From contig MCFE01000805.1 in NCBI GenBank assembly GCA_002104905.1, positions 1-34,299 on the forward strand: a DNA stretch of 34,299 nt, read 5' to 3'. The DNA comes from Basidiobolus meristosporus CBS 931.73 (Eukaryota > Fungi > Basidiobolomycota). This document shows positions 12,861 to 24,477 of the stretch, piece after piece (positions within the stretch are counted from its first letter, which is position 1; the number at the start of each line of letters is the position of its first letter). The notes beneath the pieces are model-generated. The model worked only from the letters and a program-made list of their open reading frames with translations, was not told the origin of the DNA and made no database searches. A program made the translations under genes and the position numbers.

Positions 12861-14000
12861 ATTTTTATTAGGAAAACTCTGCCAAGGTATGCCAGATTTT
12901 TCTTGATCACATGCAACTTCTACACCTTTCAATCTGGAGCTCACACAAACAAGAGCCAGAGCAAACATATATGGGGGTCCAGTGTCCAGCAGGGAGAATG
13001 AATATATTGGCTAAATACCAAGAAGTTCTTTGCAGATATTCAGGAGGAGCTCATGGCAGAAGTGGTGGCAACCTGGCATATGTTTGCAAGATGTAAATGT
13101 CACCAGCAATACAAGGTATATGGCAGCTTTGCATGTATCACACTAAAAGGACATAAAGTTGAGGTGATAGAATCATGTCAACTGTGGCAGGTGTGTGCAT
13201 TTGTAAAGGTTTATAAGCAGGAGGCCATAATTATTTTAGATTTTAGCTATATGTGGAATACCCAAGGTAGTAGTGAGTAAGCAAATTAAATAGAGTGATT
13301 CTACAGTAAATATATGAATTGCACAAGGGGAAGTAAAAAAAAGAAACACCATTTGGTAAATTGGTACAGTAGCACTATATTTAAACTAGCTCTAGGCCAC
13401 CATACTGCCATGATAATGCCATCAGAAACTTGCATTGAGGCCATCAAAATACTGTCAAGTGTTTTGCCATATAAGGCTACTGGATGTACTGGCAGTTTGC
13501 ATCCACTTAAATCAGGTGTGGAGTGAATCAAGACTGCAACAATGCCATGCAATTATTGTCACAGCACCAATCAAACCCAGTCAAGTTTTATTACTTTATT
13601 TGGCAGTAAATTAGAAAAACTCTATTGTAATCCCATTGTGGTGGTGTATAAGTCCAAGGGAGAGATACATTCTACACTTCTCAAGTGTTTTGTGTGTGGG
13701 GTGTTTGCTGGGTGCAATAACCTCTGGCAAAAGCTTGCTAGGAATACTTGGGTTCTGTCTATAATCTAATGTGATGGGGAATAAAGCCACAAGCTTGTCT
13801 AGGGAAAACTATTGAGCTACAATCCCCATCTTAGTTGACGTCTTAACAAAAGTATGTGCTGGGTTCAGCATCCTTTGAGATGACAATGTAGTAAAGCTTC
13901 CAAAGTCAAGATAACTGTAAACCCCACCAGCAGGGACTTGATAAGAGTGGAGCTGTGTCAATAGTAACAAAGACAGAAAAGTATCTTTGCTTGTACAAGA

Positions 14001-14905
14001 ACAAACTTGGGAAAGAATCAAATATAATAAAAGATACCTACTCTGAGTATTCCTCACAAGTAGTGCCTCCAAGGTCAGTTGGCTGTCAGCACAGTTTCCT
14101 GGGAGTGTCCTGTGGTCTGGGGTTGGAAGCTCAGGTAGCAGCAGGTAGGAGTGATCACACTAATCAACAAGTCAGTATAATGATAAAAGGGATTGCTACC
14201 CTTATATACTTTTCTACTGGCAAAGTGATTACTAATCGCAGTGTTCCAGAAGGTTCTGGTGGTCAATAGAAATCTTAATGACATCAGAATGAGCTATAAG
14301 TACTTGAGGTAGGTACCAGAAGGTTCTAGGAGGCACAGCACATCCTACCAATCAGGATTCAGTACTCTGAAACCTGCGTAACATAGGGATACCATATATG
14401 GTATGAAAATGGTAAGGATGGTGACATGGGTTGATCATGTGTCACAAACTTAGGAGGGAATCAAATATAATAAAAGATACCTACTCTCAGTATTCCTCAC
14501 AAGTAGTGCCTCCAAGGTCAGTTGGCTGTCAGTGCAGTTTCCTGGGAGTGTCCTGTGGTCCGGGATTGGAAGTTTAGGTAGCAGCAGGTAGCAGTGATCA
14601 CACTAATCAACAACCTGTTATATTGACAAAAGGGATGATGATTTGATGTTGAGGGATAGTCTCCCTTATATACTTTTCCCCTTGGCTAAGTGATTACTAA
14701 TCATAGTGTTCCAGCAGGTTCTGGAGATCAATAAAAATCTTCAGGACATCAGAATGAGCTAAGAGTATTCTGAGTAGGTGCCAGAAGGTTCTAAGAGGCA
14801 CAGCACATCCAACCAGTCAGGAATCAGTACTCTGAGACCTGTGTAGCATAGGGATGCCATATATGGAATGAATATGGTAGGGATGATGATGCGGTTTGCT
14901 CATGT
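14001..14905 (+). repeat. Diverged tandem duplication, 443-bp period, in the transposon 3' region
   Basis: ACAAACTTGGGAAAGAATCAAATATAATAAAAGATACC at 14001 recurs at 14444. The paralog 7070-8185 has only one unit. Confidence 0.85.
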
Positions 14906-15270
14906 GTTAAGGATACTGGCATGGTTACCTGCTTGATACAGAAGTACTTACAGCTAGTAATTGTACATTAAGTGAGGGATAACATATGCAATAGGATAAG
15001 CAGGTGTGATAATCAGCCAACTTATGGGATAGTAATTTTCAAGTAAGACAATTGGGATAAAACTAAAATGAGTGTAGTAGAGAAATAAGGAAGTAGAAAA
15101 TATAGGAATGAGCACATCTGTCAGTGAGTGTCACTGTGACCCCACTACACCATCATAAGATTGTCAAGAGGGTCACTAATTCCAAGCTGCTGGTATTATG
15201 GTGGTCTGCAAATGGGATCCTGATGGCTGATCCAGATTGGTCCCACCTGCTGACCAAATTATTTTTCATA

Positions 15271-16923
15271 ATGGACTGTGCCTTTGCCTTGGCATTTGAT
15301 AAATTGTCACTGAACAAGTACTCTACCAGTAAATCCTGCTGGCCACTGATTGTTATCAACCTCAATCTGCCCCTAGCACAAATGGTTTCAGAGCAGAGAT
15401 TTGATGGTAGTCTCACTGGTATCTAGGCCTAAAGCACTGCCTAACCTGGACAGCTACCAGTACCTGCTGCTAGATGAATTTTGTATGCTTTCCAGCAGGA
15501 TACTTAATGATGGCCATTATAGCAAAACTCATATTATCATCTGCATTGGAGATACCTCACCCATCAACAAGATAGCTGGCTTTTCTGGGCACAATGCATG
15601 GTATTATTGCTGAATGTGTAAGTTCCAGGAGACTAACTCTAGAACTCACAAACATTACTAGTATCCAAACATAAACACTAAGAGCATCATCCTCCCACAG
15701 AGGGAGTGTACAGAAGTGAGCATGTAATTGCAGTAAAGCTGGCAACCTATGAGTCATTGGTCAGAGGATGGAGTTAATTGGAAGCCTGAGATACTTAAGC
15801 AATGCATTCTCTGTTCAGCAGTATCCCTATACTAATGGCCAAGTTGTACATGGGGCATTTCACTCTGAATGACCCCTTCAGGATACCAGAAAACCTGAAA
15901 GAATTGGCAAAATATTACCGAGTATCTGCTACACAGTGTACTTCTCACATGGTCCAATCAGTATTCATACACATATGCAACAATACAAATGTAAGGACTG
16001 GATGAACTGGATATGTGTTAATTCAAGTGGCCTTCTTAAGCTATTTCTACCACAAGTACATTGGAAGTGTTGGAAGTCATATGCTGACTTTGTAGGAATA
16101 TTTATCCAGAAGCAAATCACCATTGCCAAGTTGACACATCTACAGCTTTTATGCAAGGAGTTTGTAACAGAATTTGAGAGGCAACACCACAAGCATAAAG
16201 CTGAGCATGTATGTCTCTGCTGCTACTGTATTCATTCTCTACTCCATCTTGCTTTGTGTGTGGACAATATTGGGCCTTGCTTCACCTTTTGGGAGTTTCC
16301 TATGGAGCAGATGTGTGGGGAGATAGGAATATAAGTCAAATTGCTGGTACTACCATCTCCTAATCTCATCAAGCATATTACCTTCAATTCCATCATGGAT
16401 GCAATGAGATGGCACTTGGAGCATAGCCAGGATGAGTTGGAAAATACTAGGGACAGATGTGCATATGGAAAAACTTACGCCTCTAGTATTAATAGGCTAA
16501 GCAGCCTTAATGCATGGGTAATCAGGCAAGTAATGCAAAGTTGGGTTGGGTGCAATAAGCAGCTAATTTGTATTAGGACAACTCCACCAGAGTATTCCAG
16601 GTTTTCCTGGTCACAAGCCAATTTCTACACCATTCAAAACAGAATGTGCACAAGTAAGAGCCTGAGTGAACCTATATGGGGGACTAGAATTCAGCAGGGA
16701 GAAGGAATATATTGGTTAAATACCAGGAGGTTCTTTGCAGATATTCCGGAGTTATTTATTGCAAAAGTGGCTGCAATCATGCATAGGTTTGCAAGATGTA
16801 TTTGTTACCAGCAATGCAAGGTATATGGCAGCTTTGCAAGTATGACAATAAAAATCTGTAAAGCCAAGGCTATGGAAATGTGTCATTTTCAGCAGGTGTG
16901 CGCATATTTAGAGGTTAGTAAGC
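15271..16923 (+). pseudogene. CMC/EnSpm transposase relic, copy D (5'-truncated by the copy C right end, 3'-interrupted by a left TIR)
   Basis: ORFs 15401..15613, 15936..16334 (HSLLHLALCVDNIGPCFTFWEFPMEQMCGEIG) and 16341..16931. Confidence 0.85.
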
Positions 16924-17405
16924 CCCTATGAGAAATTATTGAGATGATCCCATCAAAAGGCCGTTACAAAGTTAAAGTCCTGTGACTAAGAAGTACTGAT
17001 CTTGTGGGGAAACTGTCCAAAGACCATTGAAAATTAATTGCACCCCAAATTTCACAAAGAACTTAGTCAAAATTTTTCCATCACAGCAATGCATAAGTGG
17101 CTTTTGATTGGTTCCCTGCCAATTTGCTCACTTTCTGATCCCAGACACTCTATTGCCTCCTATGTTTGTGTGAATTAATTGGTTATTTCCTCTTTTTCAC
17201 ACTCCCGACTTCCTTACTCAACCCTTTCTCTTACTTTTCATCCATACAAATTGATTTATTTCTGATAAAACTTCAGTTGTACCTCAATTGTCAAATTGTG
17301 CAGACCTAAACAAGTCTCTATACCCTAAACTAACATTGAGCCCAACCCCACACTCAACAAGTAACTCCATTAAAATCTACTACTCAATATGTGTTTCTGC
17401 TGTAT
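16924..17405 (+). mobile_element. Left end of the CMC element (CCCTATGAGAAATTATTG...)
   Basis: Colinear with 6132-6610 and 25361-25835. Confidence 0.85.
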
Positions 17406-17409
17406 CTGT

Positions 17410-17660
17410 AGGCTGGTGTTCTGCTGTAACAATGCCACCAGAGGTTAGTAGTCAGGCTGTTTAATTTCCATCAAGTGTCTTGCCATATTATGCAACTGGA
17501 TGTATTGTCCAACTACATTTACTCAAACAACTGAAGAGTGCATCAAGACTGCCAAAATGCCATAAAATTCCCATTAAGAGAACACTAAAACACTGCCAAG
17601 TTTTTTACTTTGTTTTGCAGTAAAATCAGAAAAAAGTCAATACAATGGCATATTAAGATT
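17410..17660 (+). mobile_element. Fragment of the CMC element 3' region (probably the resumed copy D)
   Basis: Aligns with about 13400-13630; more diverged. Confidence 0.6.
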
Positions 17661-17749
17661 GTATGGAGAGTTGAGAATTCTAAGTTGTCTGCATTATAAA
17701 TGAATTATTCTGATCTAGACTGGATCCACTTGTGGGAGCAAATTTTTTC

Positions 17750-18190
17750 TCATGAAGAGTAGAGAAAGGTGTATTCAATAGTGGATCTTCTGTCCTGTAA
17801 GCTTTGTCCCCAGTCAGCATCAATGTATCCCACAAGATCCTGTTCTAAATCCTTATAGGTGTACCTTAAGCAGATATAGGCAGCTACTTGTATGTTTCTA
17901 AAAATCCGCTAAACTGCTGCAATATTATCAGATCTATAGTTCTGATTATGCTGCCAGACATATGAGATATCTGTATGTGTTCCAAGCAAGATATATATTG
18001 GATTACTAACTATAGATTGGTAAGTGAGCTCCAGGCTTTTAGATGGCACCAAGCTCTCCAGACTAGATTGAGTTTTGACAAGCTGAAGTTTGTCTCCATT
18101 GTGGTACTTGCTGGTTTACAGTCTTCCACTTGGTGCTTCTTGAGTGAATCTTGACTATACCTGGATTGGCTTAGGGTAATAGTCTGGTGT
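17750..18190 (-). pseudogene. Decayed Ty1/copia RT-RNaseH fragment related to the full-length element
   Basis: DNA aligns with about 20890-21340 (e.g. TCCCACAAGATC, AAAAATCCGCT, GATGGCACCAAGCTCTC, TACAGTCTTCCA). Confidence 0.85.
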
Positions 18191-18605
18191 GAGTACTCAA
18201 AGTAGTACCCACTCTTTGCCCAAGAGTTTCCCAGGGTCTTGCTTAAAGTCCCTCAGTATTCTCCCTATGAATCCTTGCACATCCTTCCACCTATTCCTGC
18301 CCTTATCTAGTTAAGTCATCTACCATAACAGGAAGGTGTTCACACCCCTATTTCATAATGTACTGTCTATCACCTAAGCCCCTCCTAGTGAGATATATAT
18401 ATATATGATTGAGTCAAGATAGTCAGAAGGGTTTTACTTTGGATGTAATAAACACCAGTCTCTACTAAGTTACTGCCTTCTATTGGAAGCTATTCTGAAC
18501 CAAGTAGTACTGACTTGACCTACAGGCTCTCTCAACTACCAAGTACAGTCAGCAATAACCCACTGGTATGGTGCTGTCTCTGCAGAAATAGGCACAAGTG
18601 GGGTA

Positions 18606-19530
18606 ATGACTACTACACTAAAGCTAAAAGCATACAAAGGGAAGAGAGAGAAAGGCCTTGAGTGGTTCAGTAGGCTTGAGAGTTGTGGCTGATGCAGGAT
18701 GGGACACCAATAAGAAAGTAAGGGAGTTTGCAAAACACATGGAAGGGTCAACATGGCTATGGCATCATGGGTTGGAACTCACAATTAAACACAACTGAGA
18801 TGCACTGGAAGAAGCCTACAATACATGCTTTCTACAAGCCAAGCATACCACTATGAAGCCCTTCTACCGTCCTCACAGAAAAAAAGCAGTGAGAGCTACA
18901 AAGCCCTCACTGAACTACTTCTGCAACAAGTTTGATCTTTCCCAAATGACAAAATTGTCAAAGAACAGCTCATGAGGTTGTACATCATGGGCTTAGACAA
19001 CACAATAAGACATGGGGTATCCAAAGAGCAACAGGGATGTAAAATGCCATAAGAAAGAAAAAATTGCCTCCCCAAAAGACTATGAGATATGGTAGCTACA
19101 GCAAAAGATATAAAATCAATATTGTCCAAGAAGTCCTCAAAGAAGGCAATAAGCTCTGAAAAGCTATTGTAGATCTAAAGGCCCAAGTACAAGCCCAGAC
19201 ACAACAGATGAAATAACCACAACAACAGTATCCATGTTATGTGTGTGCAGCAGTAGGCTACTGGGCCCACAAGTGTGAAAAACCATACAGACAAGAACTT
19301 GTACTGGAAACAAAGGCAAAGAAGGTGTGGAAAACAGAGTTCTTTGCCAGGAGGCCAAGGTAACTCAATCAATTTAAGCCCTCTGGCTGGAACAGATGAA
19401 GTGCGGAAGAAGAAGCTTTGACATGATGCTTATAGAGAGGAGGCAAAGGAACCTGTAGTAGAGGTTTCATCAAAGGGAAAGAATGCAGAATTAGGTGATG
19501 AAGTACAGGATGAGCCTTGGGAGTATTGAA
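18606..19530 (+). pseudogene. Ty3/gypsy-like gag relic with degenerate zinc knuckle
   Basis: Across frameshifts it reads EWFSRLE...AGWDTNKKVREFAKHMEGSTWLW...N*DALEEAY...QKKSSESY...YIMGLDNTIR, then CYVCAAVGYWAHKC (19235-19276; CCHC with H>Y). Confidence 0.65.
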
Positions 19531-19560
19531 GCAAACAAAGAACGCTAGTATGCCCTCCCA

Positions 19561-19644
19561 TGACCTATTCCCTGCCTGCCTGGCACATTAAGGCATCATT
19601 TGGCACTAATAGCTCAATGTAGCACTGTCCAACAAAACAAGTCT
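19561..19644. mobile_element. Terminal fragment of the fold-back element
   Basis: GGCATCATTTGGCACTAATAGCTCAATGTAGCACTGTCCAACAAAACAAGTCT matches the element end and is followed by ATT. Start is approximate. Confidence 0.75.
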
Positions 19645-20142
19645 ATTGCCAAGTGCTTCAGTAATAATCCCTTTGAGAAAAAACCTAGGAGAGGAAGAGG
19701 CAATTGCTTTGAATTATTACCATGTTTCATGATCCTAACAATGCATTTTTTTGCAATCTAAATCAAGCAATTGCAAATCAATGATCACTAAATCTTTTAT
19801 ATAAGTGATATCACAATTGTCTTGTATTTGAGAAAGAGCCCCTATAGTAAACCCCCTGCATATATATACACCATTTGTAGCACCAGTGCTACAATTTGAT
19901 CTGATTTGCTCCTACACAATTGGTTGCATGCTGCTATGACACCAAGCCCAATCACTAAGGTCAGGGATTTACTTGCTCAATGGGCAAAATGGAATATCTG
20001 ATGGTAATTCAGGTAGCTTATGTGTTAGTCAATAAGCCAATTGGGTGCTAACAGGATCAATTTACTTTTACCCCAATCAACCATTAATGTACCATCCAAT
20101 TGGAGTGATGGTAACCAAAACGGTAAGTATCAGTGTAGTTTA

Positions 20143-20491
20143 TGTTGTAAGAGTCTTGGAGATATTGGAAGTGATTGGGAGAACAAGTAGATTATGTGGT
20201 TCTCACCTAATGATTTATTGAATGTAAAAGTAGTATTTATACTTTTACCTGGTCTTGGCATTGCAAACACGTAGAATAGGTTAAGAAAGGTCCCAAGAAC
20301 ATGTGTCAAAGTTTGGGGCTGTTTGGACAACTTTGAGAATTTTTCATGTTCTGGGTACCTGGTATTTTGGTGAAAATATTCTAAGTAAATCCCAACAAGG
20401 AATTTGGTCAGTATTCTCTAGGATTTGAAGGTAATGATCTAAGTGACTAAGTTTGGTGAATATTTAGGTGGAAATACAAATTTTTACAACA
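20143..20491 (-). repeat. 3' LTR of the Copia element
   Basis: TGTTGTAAGAG...TTTTTACAACA. 11 substitutions plus two 1-bp indels versus the 5' LTR by manual alignment. Confidence 0.97.
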
Positions 20492-20501
20492 CTCCCACTC
20501 A
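20492..20501 (-). other. Polypurine tract (TGAGTGGGAG)
   Basis: Lies between the pol stop codon (20503-20505) and the 3' LTR. Confidence 0.85.
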
Positions 20502-20502
20502 G

Positions 20503-23500
20503 CTAAATGTTCATACTGACTAGTCCTAATTTTGACCTAAGATATTCAAACTTGTCTCTAGCTAATGGTTTGGTAAATATGTCTGCAATCATTTCATCTG
20601 TAGGACAGTAAACTAAGCTAACTAAGTTATTCTCTATAGCTTCACGTATGAAATGATGTCTAATATCTATGTGCTTGGTTCTAGCATGAAAAGTTGGATT
20701 TCTACCTAATTGCATACATCCTTGATTATCTTGAAATAAAGTAATAGGCGTTTTTTGACATAGGCCTAAATCTGTAAACAGCTTTCTCAACCACATTGCT
20801 TCTTTTGTAGCTTCACAGGCTGCCATATACTCTGCCTCTGTGGTGGAAAGTGCTATGGTTGGTTGCTTTCTTGAATTCCATGAAATTGCTCCTTTACAGT
20901 AAAGAAAAGTGTATCCTGTGGTGGATCTTCTGTCTTCTAAATTTTGTCCCCAATCTGCATCAGAGTATCCCACAAGATCTTGTTCTGAGTCCTTATAAGT
21001 GTATCTTAAGCAGATATCAGCAGTTCCTTTTAGGTATCTAAAAATCCGCTTAACTGCTGCAATATGATCAGATCCATAGTTCTGATTATGTTGGCTGACA
21101 ACTCCCACTGAATATGAGATATCTGGACGTGTTCCAAGAATGATATACATCAGACTGCCAACCATAGATTGATAAGGAAAGTTAGGGCTTTCAGATGGCA
21201 CCAAGCTCTCTTGATTTGGATGAGTTTTGACCAAGTTAAGGTTTGTCTCCATTGGGGTAGCTGCCGGCTTACAGTCTTCCATTTGGTACTTCTTTAGTAT
21301 ATCTTGAATATACTTGGACTGGCTTAGGGTGATAGTATGGGTACTTCTGTCTATGGAGAACTGAATCCCTAAGTAGTAACTAAGTTCTCCTAAATCAGAC
21401 ATCTTGAACTCCTTAGATAGGCTGGATTTAGTTTCTTCTAATGTTTCTAGGTTATTGGCGGCTATAATAAGATCATCCACATATAGAGCTAATAGAACTG
21501 GATTTGCTCTATCTGGCTTACAGTATATACTATAGTCAGCATTACTTCTTTTGAAACTCAGAGATTCCAGATAAGAATCTATCTTGCAATTCCAGGCTCT
21601 TGGTGATTGTTTGAGACCATATAGTGACTTTTTAAGCTTGCAGACCAAATGGGGGTTATCTTGGTCAACAAACCCATCAGGCTGGTCCATATACACGTCC
21701 TCATCAAGTTCTCCATTCAGAAATGCAGTTTTTACATCCATTTGATGAATAAAAAACTTATATTTGGCTGCAATAGCCAATATTAATCTGATGGAATTAA
21801 ACTTGGCTACCGGTGCAAAGGTCTCAGTATAGTCAAGTCCTTTTGTTTGAGAGTATCCTTTGGCTACAAGTCTTGCTTTGTATCTTTCAATTGTACCATC
21901 AGCCTTGTATTTTGTCTTGAAGACCCATCTGCATCCAATTGATTTTTGGTTGATTGGTAATTTGACTAAGTCCCAAGTTTGATTTTCCATCAGTGCCTGA
22001 TATTCCTCAGTCATTGCAGATCTCCAAAACTTTGTCTGAGGGCTATTTAGGGCCTCTTTTACAGTCTGGGGTTCATCAATATTGACTGAATAGGCATAGG
22101 CTAAGTTTGTACCCTCATTGATATAGTAATTTGGGCTATTTCTTGTCCGATTTGATCTCTGGGCATTTGATGCTGGAATGATCACTTCTGGGATATTCCT
22201 GGGCACTGATTCTGGCTGAACCACAGTTGTAGAGTCCTCTGGAGTGAAAAAATTTTCATTGCTTTGCTCTGATTCAATCCTGACAATTGGTGGACTTGAG
22301 ATCATATTTTTGTCATCATCTGATGTCATTTTTTGTGAAAATTTTGAATTTTCATCAAACAACACATCCCTGGACTTGATAAGCTTCTTTGCTTTGGTAT
22401 TGTAGAGTCTGTATGCCTTACTCTCATTGCAGTAGCCCAAAAATATGCATTTTTCACTTTTTGGCTCAAATTTTGACTGATTTCCGGCCAGTTTTTTGGC
22501 ATATGCTGTACACCCAAATATTCTTAGATGTTCTGCACTTGGTCTGTATCCATATCATGCTTCAAATGGAGTAGAATCACAAAGTATTCTGTTATAACTC
22601 CTACTTTTAAGGTATACAGCAGTGGCAACTGATTCTGCCCAAAAATCATAGGATAATTTTTGATCATGGATCATAGATCTTGCCATATCAATTATTGATC
22701 TGTTAGCTTGTTCTGCTACTCCATTTTGCTGTGGGGAGTAGGGTACAGTAGTCTCTTGCTTTATCCCATGAATTTTGCAGAAGTGGATGAAGAGTTTTGA
22801 GGTATATTCTCCACCATTGTCAGAGCGTTTTTTCTTGATTTTTTCACCAGTTTCTCTCTCCACCATGGCTTTAAACTCCCTGAGCTTAGACAGAGCTTCT
22901 TCCTTTCTCTCCATGAAGTAGACCCATGTGTATCTTGTATAATCATCAATAAAAGTGATTAAATACTTCATCCCACCTAAGGATAAATTTTGCATAGGTC
23001 CACACAGATATGAGTGAATTAGATCTAATTTTTTCTTAGTTTTGATCAACCCAGAGCTCTTGAATGGTTGTCTGGCTTGTTTCCCATATATGCAGGCTTC
23101 ACAGTGCTCCAAATTAGCTGGGGGATCAATTTTCACTCCAGAAATTAGCTGATCTTTGATCATTTTACGCAAATAATCAAAATTGATGTGTCCAAATCTC
23201 CTGTGCCAAAGCATTGGTGTTTCTCCATTTAAGTTACTTTTATTGGCTTCCAAATATGATGGAATATAAGTCAACTTGTATAGATTCTGATCTCTGATGC
23301 CCAAAGCAATATGGGCACCACTTTGATCAGTGATCCTGCATCCAGAATTGTCAAAACTGAAACTGAGTCCTTCTGCTGTGGCCTTGCTTACAGAGAGTAG
23401 GATCTTGGCTATTTCTGGTACATAGAGTACTTCTTCAAAGGTCAGTGTATGGCTTCCTTCACTGCTTCTAAGGTTTACTTGGATAGTTCCTTCTCCCACT

Positions 23501-24446
23501 GCATCAAGTGTTCTATTGTCACCCATGAAAACCTTCTTAATTGGAATTTCTTGATATTGGGTAAAAAGTTCTTTTAGGTGTGTAAAGTGTTGAGATGCTC
23601 CAGAGTCAATATACCATGTCTGAGAATCCTTGTTTGTGGTCATATTTAGTGCAGATATGAATAGCCTATCTTCAGTTGTTGCAGCATTTCCATATTCAGG
23701 CTTCTTTTGCTGATAATCTCTCTTTTTGAGACACTGGTCTGATGTGTGTCCTTTCCTTTTGCAGTAGTTGCAAAACAGGTTGCTGTTGCCTTTGTAGGGT
23801 CTTGGGTACCTCCTTTGTTGGTTATCATTGCTTATTAACGCATTTTCTTCTTCCTTCTTATTGGCGCTTGATTTTCTTAATTCTTCATCCAGGAGCCTTC
23901 CATATACGTAATTTAAGGTCAAATCTTCAGTTCTGGACTCTAGGGCTGATACAAGGCCCTGAAACTTGTCTGTCAGGCTATTCAGGATGGTAACTATCAC
24001 ATCCTCATCAGTAGTTGGTACGCCCACAGATTCCATCTCATCTACCAGCAGGGTAATTCTGTTAATTAGATTTTTCATTTCTTCTCCTGGCAGCATCTTT
24101 GTAGTAAAGAATTTTCTTCTCAGATACATTTTCTTGGCAGCTGAACATGACTGGTAGGTGTCTTCTAATGCCTTCCAGGCATTCTTTGCCGTTTTTGCTC
24201 TTGAGATTGAATTAGCAATTTGTCCTTGACATTAAGGCAAATGCAGTTAAAGGCACTTTGTTTTTTCTTCTGGTACTTTAAGGCTTCCTCTCCCATGCTT
24301 TTAGGAGGGCATTCTTCTCCCATGACAATATCCCAAAGGCCTCTTTCTTGTAGCAGCATCTTCATCTTCACCTTGCACACTTGGTAGTTAGATCCATCCA
24401 ACTTTTCAGCAGAGGGAAAAATTCCAGTAATAGCAGTAGTAGACAT
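20503..24446 (-). pseudogene. Copia gag-pol polyprotein, disrupted
   Basis: KLDGSNY (gag), CNYCKRKGHTSDQC knuckle, WYIDSGAS (PR), HRRFGH...CEAC and RSDNGGEY (IN), YVDD (RT), YSDADW / ADIFTK (RH). One-base frameshift at about 24207; in-frame TGA at 22555-22557 where Trp is expected; first integrase catalytic Asp replaced (HSYLCGP). Confidence 0.95.
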
Positions 24447-24465
24447 TACAAAGAGTGACAGCTTG

Positions 24466-24477
24466 GGGCTCATAACC
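24466..24477 (-). other. Primer-binding site GGTTATGAGCCC (internal, half-tRNAiMet type)
   Basis: Directly abuts the 5' LTR. Same type as the Ty5 / Drosophila copia PBS. Confidence 0.85.

Larger units (their letters stand above)
8186..15273 (+). mobile_element. Most complete CMC/EnSpm copy (C): ORF2 (minus), transposase (plus), 3' region and right TIR; left end missing
   Basis: ORFs 8949..9638(-), 10478..11272(+), 11455..11904(+). Ends ...ACCAAATTATTTTTCATAATG at 15273, the reverse complement of the CCCTATGAAAAATAATTTGGT terminus at 26253. Confidence 0.8.

Noticed and set aside
24200-24215. Programmed ribosomal frameshift in the Copia element
   Set aside because: It lies inside the N-terminal gag domain, not at a gag/pol boundary, and has no recognisable slippery site; mutation or sequencing error is more likely.
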